Of a DNA stretch of 64,000 nucleotides, positions 51,256-60,754 are shown piece by piece. Made by a program: the position numbers and the translations under genes. Every line of letters begins with the position of its first letter. Positions within the stretch are counted from its first letter, which is position 1. The notes beneath the pieces were generated by a model. The model was not told where the DNA came from, searched no databases, and saw only the letters and a program-made list of their open reading frames with translations. Origin of the DNA: Azolla caroliniana (Eukaryota > Plantae > Polypodiophyta); contig JBHGNT010000012.1 in the NCBI GenBank assembly GCA_043228905.1, positions 18,848,001-18,912,000 on the forward strand, written 5' to 3'.

Positions 51256-51869
51256 CTAGGTGATAGTACCAATGAGGTACGATACTTTAAGTTGTCTATC
51301 TAAGTCCCTATAATCCTCATCATACCTTCGATTCTGTGGCATAAACCTTATGATTTGTCCCAAATAACAAAGAAGGATATATGATGGATTGGGTCGAATC
51401 TTACAGTAAAATGTTGAGTGTTGATACAATACTTCAAGAGTACTCAAATAGACTTAGAACAATTATGTAGATATGTCGAAGGGCAGTTGCCCTAGCCCAG
51501 TTGGTATATAACTAGCTTTGTAACCTAGTTATTGAGGGGACAAGCTCAACCAGATTCGATTGAATAAGCAAGAGCCGGGCCAGAGCCAGATCAATGTCCG
51601 GATTGGTGTCCAAAACGGAGAGCCGGATCGGTGTTCGGAACGGAGAACTAGATTGGAGTGCAAACCGGTAGGCCATTGGAGGTCTACACTCCTAGACTAC
51701 TAGGTAGTTATCCTAGGAGTTAGTGTCAATAGCTCGGTACGAGTATTGAAGTACTAGGTACTTCTGTCAGTCCTTTCAAGGACTTGTATAAAAGTGCTCT
51801 TTGAGCACATTGTATGTAGACACAAAGTATTATTTTGAAATTGATTTTATGTTGTTCTGCTCTCTCCCA

Positions 51870-52927
51870 ACTATCATGTCAATGGTTATAACTCCCATCA
51901 TGTCTCTAAACTGTGTATGTTTTTCCGTGCTCAATCCCTTCGTAAGAATATCAACCACGTGCTTATTTGTACTTACATACATCAGATCCACTTCTCCATC
52001 AATCACTTTTTCTCTAACAAAGTGATAATGCACTTCAATGTGCTTTGTTCTTGCGTGGAACACTGGGTTTTTTACCAGCTGAATGTTGCTAATATTGTCA
52101 CACCAAATTGTGACCACACTATCTATATATTCTCCCAAATCAGCAAGACAATTTTCTAATCCATACCTCTTCACAAGAGGCTATTGCAGCTCCTCTATAC
52201 TCAACTTCAGTACTTGATAATGCAACAATAGCTTGTTTCTTGCTACTCCATGAAATAGCTGCACTTCCCAATGTAAACATATATCCACTTGTGGATCTTC
52301 TATCAGTTTGGCTTCTAGCCCAATCAGCATCTATATATCCTTCTAGCTTTATGTCCAAATCAGCCTTGTAAAACAATCCATAATTTTGAGTAGCTTTTAC
52401 ATACCTCAAAAATCTTCTAATGCAATCCAAGTGTGGCTTTGTTGGTTGTTGCATAAACTGGTTACAAAATAACTCAAATCAAGTCTTGTTATAGTCAAAT
52501 ATATGAGGTTGCCCACCATAGACCTGTACATGTTTACATCTTCTATTTTGACTCCCAAATCAGCCCTCAATTTGCAGTTCTTATCCAGTGGTACATCAAT
52601 AGGTTTGCATCCAAGCATACCATACTTCTTCAACATAGTTGTTGCATACTGTTTTTGCAACATATATATACCACTTTTAGATCTGATCATCTCAATGCCA
52701 AGAAAGTATCTCAACTCTCCCAAATCTTTCATATGAAATTGCATTTCAAGATTTTTCTTAAGCTTCCTTATTTCATCCATAGAATCACCTCCAATGATTA
52801 AGTCATCAACATATATCAAGATAACAACAATGCAATCATTTATCTTCTTTACATATAGTGATGGATCAGCTTTTGACATTTTGAAGGCAATTTTTTTCAG
52901 AGATTCTAAAAGTTCTTTATGTCATGC
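51870..52927 (-). pseudogene. Copia RT/RNase H fragment (host of copy D)
   Basis: YVDDLII, DADWA, SSTEVEY and HARTKHIEVHYHFVRE motifs. Confidence 0.88.
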
Positions 52928-55724
52928 TGTTAACTCTTAGGGCCGGACAATGGCCTAACACAGGGTGTCTACGGAAGACACTTCACCAAAGGGGTGTTAC
53001 GGCAAGAGGATTAGAATCAACGATTAATCCGACTTAATTAGGCTACTTAGTAAGATCGTCCTTAATAATCACACGTGTAAGATATAACAATGAATGCAGA
53101 ACGGCAATTAACACAGAGAGATAAAAACACTAAGCTTTATTAATTAACCGCTGCTCATTACATTGTATTCGGGCCTTTAAATAGGTTTCCGGTCTGTAGT
53201 ACAAAACGGTGCCATCCGCACCTGTTCGGGATCAGTCCGGATCCGGAACGGCATACCGATTCCGGTCCGTCCGTCCACACTCATAGCTTACTTACAACCA
53301 TTCCTAATAATTAAATAACTCCCCGTTTCACACTCTGGACTCCTTTGCCGGCCGGTAACACATGGCACGCCCGTGGGATAGTACCTTGTACGTCGAATCC
53401 ACATCCGACCCTTGCTATTCTTCATCCAAAATATCCAGAATGCTTTGTTCGAGAGTCTCCAATGGTTCATCTGGAATTGGTTGTTGTTGTTGTTGTGGTT
53501 GTTGCTGCTGTTGTTGCTGCTCCGTTGATGGTTGTTGCGGTTGGTCCTTTGGTGGCTGTTGTGGCTGTTGCGGCTGCTCCTCCGTTTGTTGCTCTGACAC
53601 CGGCGTCTCCGTCGTTGCTCCCTCCGTCGTAGTGGTCTCCGGTTGACTGGTTCCGGCCTGGCCCTCGGGCGGCGACGGTTCCTCATCACTAAGGTTAACC
53701 GTTGCCGCTTCCCATGCTTTTTCTTCCCGAACCCGGGACCGCTCATAGCTTTCAAACTGGATTTGAGCGTCCAACCTATCATCGTCTAGCTGAGCTACGA
53801 GTTGTCGGACTTGCGCCAGTTGTTCATCCGCCAGGACTTGGAAGTCATCGGCCAGCTCGTCCCATATGGCGGTGAAGTCCTCGGAAGTCAACATGTAACA
53901 ATCATCTCCTTCCTTCCGCCGGTTTGCCACGTCTGCCCGTAGCAATTAGAGTTCCGCCACGTTTTGTGCCCACATTGTCCACCATCTTACGGAGCTTTCG
54001 TCAATCAAGCGTTTTGTCTGATTCAGCCATGCCTGGAGAATGCACTGAATTCGGCCCGTTCCCAACTACGATTTGATCTCCGCAGCTTGTCGTTCCTCCT
54101 TCAATTGCTTGATGATTTTGATGTTGTCTTCCGCCTGCTCCTTGTAATGCGTCAATTGCCTTTGATATGTCCTTTGTAATTTTTGCAGTACCGTTGACGC
54201 TCTCTCCTTTTCTTCCTATTGCTGCCTCTAGAGCTCCATCCGGACCTTCTCCGCCTCGTCCAACTGTCTTGTATTTTCCGCACGTTCGTCGGCGATCGCC
54301 GTCGCGGCCCGATCAACTTCCTGCTAGAGTTCGGCCATCCGTTCCTTATGCTCCATTTCCAGCCGTTTGTAGTCCCGGTGCAAGTGCTCAAAATCATCTG
54401 TCTTTTGTTTGAGTCGTGCGTTGATCTGACGACGGGCCCGTTCCTCGCGGTCCTTCTGCTGGCGGAGCTCTTCCTTTAGCCATTCAATTTCCGTTTCCGC
54501 CGTCTTCCGTAGCTTGTCCTTTTCCTGCAGCACTTTGTCTTTTTCCTCCCTTAGCCGGTCGTACGCTTGATGGCCTTTCCGGAGTCTCTCCTCTGCCCGG
54601 CGGAGGTTCTCAGCAGTCTTCTTTAATTCTGCTTCGGCCGCTGTCTTCAATTCCCGTTCCCAGCTCCTTAGCGCTTCTTGTGCGGCAAGTTCATCTCTCA
54701 ATTCCGCAAGCTCATGGGCTTGCGCCGAATCTCTCTCTAGAACGGTTTCCGTTGCCGGGGTCTTATTGGTATGTACAGGTTGATCTGCTTCTTTATTCTG
54801 TACACTTACCGGAGTCACCGGTGATTGGATCCGTGTTGCCGTTAAGGCCATTTTGGCCATCTCTGCCGTGACCTGATCCAAGTCTTTTTTAAGGCACCGG
54901 ATTCTAGACCGGGTCGTCTCTGGTTGTTTGGTTGTGACGAGCAACCATTCGCTTTGCGCTCTTTCTTCCGCCTCAATATACCCCACTGCTCCGGCAATCT
55001 GTTCGCCTATCCACCGGAGCCATAGGCTACCGATGCATTGTTGTTGTGCTTGCACGGAGGTTTGACAGATGGGCTCGCTTGTAGATGGGTGGTCCCGCCT
55101 GATTGCGCCGAGTTGCAATTCCGTTTCTGCCCGTGGACCACCCTGTTGTCCTGGTTCCCCTTGCGCTTCTTCTTGGTTGGCCGAGGGAGGCTGCATTGAC
55201 CTTTCCGGCTCTGGCGGGATGGGACTTGTCGGTGTTGCCGGTGGTGCAAGGGCTTCTAATTCCGGTGTCATGCGCACCGGTTCCGGTTCCTCCATTGGCG
55301 TGGGAGTCTCAGTATGGGGAGCCGGTGTTCCCTCCGTCTGAGGGTCCGAACGTTTCCCGGCTGCCTCAACGGTCCTTGCCGATGACCATCGCTGGAGGTG
55401 CTCCGTAGGCTCCTCCTCTATTTCCTCTTCCTGAGTCCCGGCATTGAGTTTTGCCGCCAAGGGGTTCGCTTCTCTATTCACCGGTCGGTGGAGTGTAACC
55501 TTTATGGGCCGTACCGGTGGTTCCTCCTGCGCATCCGTTGGCCGCTTCCGGCTGGCGCTATCATTTCCCGCTTGTTCTGCGCCCACCACCTTCCCCTTAG
55601 TGGCCTTAGAGGCCAGCAGTTGTTGTCTTTTGGAAGCCGTCTTTGGGTTGCCATCCGCCACTCTTCCCCGCTTCTTGGGCTCGACGGGCTCAACGGGTGG
55701 CACAAGCAAGGTGAGCCACTGCGT
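52928..55724 (-). mobile_element. Ty3/gypsy extra-ORF family, copy D (LTR 52928-53360, motif 53361-53402, extra ORF 53415-55724)
   Basis: Minus strand GTGGATTCGA-CGTACAAGGTACT-ATCCCACGGGCGTGCCA-TG-TGTTA; 461-aa Pro-rich/coiled-coil ORF; LRADVANRRKEG; ends SILDILDEE*. Confidence 0.88.
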
Positions 55725-56191
55725 TGTCGTGAAGATCCGTCACTACGCGCATATCGTGAGGCGGAACCGCCGGGGTTCTAGACCGGAAGGATTCAAAGTC
55801 GGTACAAGCTTTGGCGCAAGCTTTGGCGAGAAAGTACTTAAGATAGATTGGGAAAGAGAGAAGTTGAGATTAAACGATTGAGAGAAATTGATTGATCTTT
55901 TATCTTTGGATTTAAGAAACAAGTTACACGATCAATTTGATAACGAATTTCTTCTTCTTAATTTCATAACAAAAAAAAAAAACCGTTTTTTCTCCTCCCC
56001 CTTCCTTCTTTTATAGATGCTCTCATGCATATGATGCATGTGAGGGTACAAGACATGCATAAAATGCATGTTTGCCATTTGGCGCTTGTGTATTACATGT
56101 GGTGCATGATAACCATGTCACTCATTTTAGCTCTCATGTATGAGAATCTTCATGTAAAAGTACAATGATAGAAATATAAATTCAACTAAAT

Positions 56192-56258
56192 GGCATGGCT
56201 TAATGGTAAGACAATTAACTCCTAACTCGGAGGTGCAAGGTTCGAATCCTTACTTGCC
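56192..56258 (+). other. tRNA-like (A-box/B-box) sequence within LTR U3
   Basis: TGGCTTAATGG (56196-56206) and GGTTCGAATCC (56239-56249) at tRNA spacing, with a T-stem AAGG/CCTT. Confidence 0.7.
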
Positions 56259-56306
56259 CTCCTTGTATATGTATATAATATGTATATATATTTATATATT
56301 TATTTA

Positions 56307-57208
56307 TCTAGTCACCGGACGCCAGATGTCGTCGGTTACCGATGTCGTCACCTCGTCGTCGCCGGTTTCCGTCAGATACCGTCACCTTGCCGTCGCTGGA
56401 TTGCCATCGGATGCCGGTGTCTCACCGGCGCCGGATGTCGTCACCTTGTCGTCGCCAGATTGTCGTCAGATGCCGGTGTCTCACTGGCGCCGGATGTCGT
56501 CACCTTGTCGTCGCCAGATTGCCGTCGGATGCCGGTGTCTCACTGGCGCCGGATGCCGCCAGATCACTGGCTCCATCGCTGGTCCGGTTTTGGTTGGCCA
56601 AAACCCTTTACAAGTAGCTACCCCACCTCCACTCTTAGTTCAAGTTACATTGAACTCTCTATGCTCCACACATAGACACAAAGATAATATCTTTTGCTCT
56701 ACCTTATATATGATGAGAGCCGTATTTGTCGTGCCTATGTGGGATATCTCACAATTTTCTCTTTTCCTTTCACAAACTTTATACCCTTCTAGTCACCGGA
56801 CGCCAGATGTCGTCGGTTACCGATGTCGTCACCTCGTCGTCGCCGGTTTCCGTCAGATACCGTCACCTTGCCGTCGCTGGATTGCCGTCGGATGCCAGTG
56901 TCTCACCGGCGCCGGATGTCGTCACCTTGTCGTCGCCAGATTGCCGTCGGATGCCGGTGTCTCACTGGCGCCGGATGCCGCCAGATCACTGGCTCCATCG
57001 CTGGTCCGGTTTTGGTTGGCCAAAACCCTTTACAAGTAGCTACCCCACCTCCACTCTTAGTTCAAGTTACATTGAACTCTCTATGCTCCACACATAGACA
57101 CAAAGATAATATCTTTTGCTCTACCTTATATATGATGAGAGCCGTATTTGTCGTGCCTATGTGGGATATCTCACAATTTTCTCTTTTCCTTTCACAAACT
57201 TTATACCC
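56307..57208. repeat. Tandem duplication (~480 bp and ~420 bp) built on a ~59-bp GC-rich subrepeat, within an LTR
   Basis: TCTAGTCACCGGACGCC starts at 56307 and 56788. The second copy lacks one 59-bp unit. Confidence 0.92.
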
Positions 57209-59500
57209 TCATATCTTGACATTTAGTTGTCCGTTTCTCGTGTAATAAAGTGCATTCGAAACCTCCATCATTTTGTACTTAGATATTAAATTTATTTAAA
57301 ATGTAATCTTCACAATTATTGTATTATGTGATTCATACTCGATTTTGTACGTTTTATGGGATTTTCACACTATTGCCAAAAATCTTCACGACATCCACCC
57401 CCACCAAACCGCACGTCCTCCGATACGTGCCAAGAAGAGAGAAAGTGAGATTTCGGCTACAGTGATCAATTAGATTCCTCCATGTCTTCATTTACATCCG
57501 CCCTATTATGTTCATCGTCGAGGTGATCAAGGTCAAGATCCTTGTCTTGTCTTTTCTTGAAAATCTTTACTCTTTTTCCCGCAATGGGTACGGCCAACCT
57601 TGATCCGTCTAGTTCCGCAAGGTGGTATGTGGCATTATCGTTGGCACTTGTCACCACATACAGCCCGAACCATCTTCTTGCGAACTTCCTTGTTGTACTG
57701 TGTTGATTGTCAAGGGTGTTGTCGTAAACCAAAACCCAATCCCCTTCTTCAATCTTCTTGGGACGAAGTCGATGCGTGTTGTCGAACCGAACTTTGTTCT
57801 TTACTCGGGGTGCCTCCATCATCTTTCGTGCTTTTTCTAAATCTTTAGGTCTTCTTTCAAGTTGCCTTATCCGCGCCGCTAATAACTCTTCTCAGCTCAT
57901 CTCGTTCTCCCACGGTATCGCTACCCATGAGGTGATCGTCTTTTCGATAGGCATAATCGGCTTTTGTCCATACATAAGCTCCGTCGGCATATACCCTATC
58001 ACCGAGCTATGTGTCGTTCTATCGGCCCACAAAGCATAGGGTAATAGTCGTGGCCAATTCCCGACTCGACCGTTGCATGCTCGTACGATGGCTTTAACGA
58101 TAGGTCCATGCCCTCGCTCGATCTTCCCATTCGCTTCCGGATTGTAGGCAGTCGTGAGGGAGAGCCTCACGCCTAGTCTTTCGAAGAGCTCTGTCGCTTC
58201 GTGCGCGTCCAACTCCCCTCGGTCGGCCACTATCTTCCCTACACATCCATATCAGCAAACAACCTCTTCAAGCAGAAATTTGCAAACGGCTGAAGTCGTC
58301 TTATTTGTCAAGGCTCGTCCTTCCACTTGATTTGTTAAGTCTTCCCTTGCCAGCACTAAGTACTTCATTTGTCCCACTCCCATTGGCATCAAGACCAGAT
58401 CCACCATCCATTTGAAGTGTATGGTGAGTGGGTATGTCGGTTGTAACTCATCACGATGACCTATATTTGAATATATTTGGCAAGTTTCGCATATGGACAT
58501 GAAATGGAGTACATCTTTGTACATGCTTGGCCACCAGTACTTCTCCTTCAACTTTTCGAACGTCGCCCATGTTCCTCTATGACCTGCCCAAGCACTCTCG
58601 TGGAATTCAGTCATCAGCGTCTCTTGCTCTTCTTTCTTTACCACCACTCGACGTGGTATTCCTATCCTTCTTTTTGGATGTCGCCAAAGGAATCCTCCGT
58701 TCAAGAAGTATTGGTAAGCTTTCTTTCGGATTCGTAGGGCCTCCTCCTTTGTCAACGAAGCATCTGTCGTCAATGTTCTTAGGAATCTACCGATGAGTAT
58801 CCACTCTCCTTCGTACTCGTTCTCGTTGAAGGCGTGGAGGGTTTGCGTGTCCTGGTCTTCCGCCGACAATCGAGCCATCTTGAAGAAGTCGAGGGCGACA
58901 TCTTCATCTTCCGAAACCATGTTACTTCCATTTGAAAATATTGCCCTCGATAGCATGTCAGCCATGGCGTTCTTCTTCCCTGCAATGTGACGGATCTCTG
59001 GGTTTAAAGACTTGATGTAGGCGATCCACCTTAGCATAGCAAGATCTGGGGTCACACATCCCGAGACCATTCCGAGAATTGGGAGACAATCTGTCTCTAT
59101 TATCACTTCTGACCCGATTAGGTAATCTTTGTCCGTCTTCACTGCCGACACAATACCCCAAAGTTCCCACTTGACTTGGGCATATCTTTGTTGCCGTTCG
59201 CTGAGAACCTGTCATAACTAGACTCGAACCCATAACCTTTTGTTACACGGGTCGAGACTTTACCATTAGGTTATGAATTGTAATTTGAAGGATATTATTT
59301 TCATTTAGGTTTTATTGGGAAATTGATGTATATTCCAGATTTCTCTGGAACATTCTAGAAACTTCAGGAGTATTCCTGAAGACACTATAAAAGGAGGCGC
59401 AAGGCATTAGTTCGAACCAAATCGGTTCAACGCCAGTCTTAAGCCTTCTAACTACTGTTGTATATCTTCCTTCATATAATACATATATCTTTCGCATCAT

Positions 59501-59545
<45 letters not shown>

Positions 59546-59780
59546 ACTCATTCCTTCTCTCAAAAGTTCGACACCTCTCATAGTACTAATCCTTCTCTGT
59601 CTTAGTACTATTCCCCAACAATAGTACTAATCCTTCTTTTAGTACTAATTCCTTCTCTGCCTTAATAGAGTTCCTGACAGTTTGAACCGATTTCTGGGTG
59701 CCTGTCTGGTCTTTTCTCTCCCTCTTCCTTCTGTCTCCCTCCTTTCCTACTAGTCTCTTATTTCCCTTTTCCTTCATCCC

Positions 59781-60272
59781 ATGGCCACCGTTAGCGCTGA
59801 AGAGTATCAATCCGTTTTCTCGGAATTTCAATGCTTGAAAGAGAAGTTTCATGCTTTGGAACAAGAAAATCAACGCTTGTTGGGGGATCTTCAGCAAATT
59901 TCCTTAGAAAAGCAGCAAACGCAACAACAGCATGGGGAACTTGCGTTACGCGTGCAACAACTCGAAGCAACCATCGTAGCAATGCAACAACAAGGGCACG
60001 GAGCACAAGGGATTCATAAAGAACCCAAGATTGGCCTTCCCACGAAGTTCGATGGAACGCGATCGCAGTTTAGAGGGTTTCTTAACCAGGTACGGTTAGT
60101 TATTCAAATGCATCCGTCCCGATATCCCACCGATGCATCACGAGTGGGTTTAGTAGGGACGTTGTTAAATGGCTCAGCATTAGCATGGTTTGCTCCGCTA
60201 CTAGAAAAGGAATCTCCAGTACTAAATAATTTTGAAGAATTCATAAGTGAGTTTAAAGCATGTTTGTCATAA
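59781..60272 (+). pseudogene. gag: Chromovirus gag N-terminal half, truncated by an LTR insertion
   Basis: Coiled coil followed by EPKIGLPTKFDGTRSQFRGFLNQ...GSALAWF, a typical retrotransposon gag domain. Confidence 0.88.
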
Positions 60273-60625
60273 CTAGACTCGAACCCATAACCTTTTGTTA
60301 CACGGGTCGAGACTTTACCATTAGGTTATGAATTGTAATTTGAAGGATATTATTTTCATTTAGGTTTTATTGGGAAATTGATGTATATTCCAGATTTCTC
60401 TGGAACATTCTAGAAACTTCAGGAGTATTCCTGAAGACACTATAAAAGGAGGCGCAAGGCATTAGTTCGAACCAAATCGGTTCAAACTGTCAGGAACTCT
60501 ATTAAGGCAGAGAAGGAATTAGTACTAAAAGAAGGATTAGTACTATTGTTGGGGAATAGTACTAAGACAGAGAAGGATTAGTACTATGAGAGGTGTCGAA
60601 CTTTTGAGAGAAGGAATGAGTGAGT

Positions 60626-60660
<35 letters not shown>

Positions 60661-60754
60661 ATGATGCGAAAGATATATGTATTATATGAAGGAAGATATA
60701 CAACAGTAGTTAGAAGGCTTAAGACTTCCCGAGAAGTATCGTCAGTATGCTGAT

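Larger units (their letters stand above)
55725..59209 (-). mobile_element. TGTCGTGAAG-family Ty3/gypsy element (3' LTR 55725-57393, PPT, INT and RNase H 57466-59209)
   Basis: 12-bp inverted termini TGTCGTGAAGAT/ATCTTCACGACA; PPT TGGTGGGGGTGGA; ETDCLP, NAMADMLSR, H..AWAGHRG..CETC, AREDLTNQVEGRAL and YNPEANGKIERGH motifs. Confidence 0.88.

Noticed and set aside
56192-56258. Functional tRNA gene
   Set aside because: The acceptor and anticodon stems are incomplete and it lies within an LTR, so it is reported only as tRNA-like.
56203-57245. Overlapping ORFs up to 278 aa
   Set aside because: They arise from the stop-poor 59-bp GC-rich tandem repeat inside an LTR, and no domain is recognisable.
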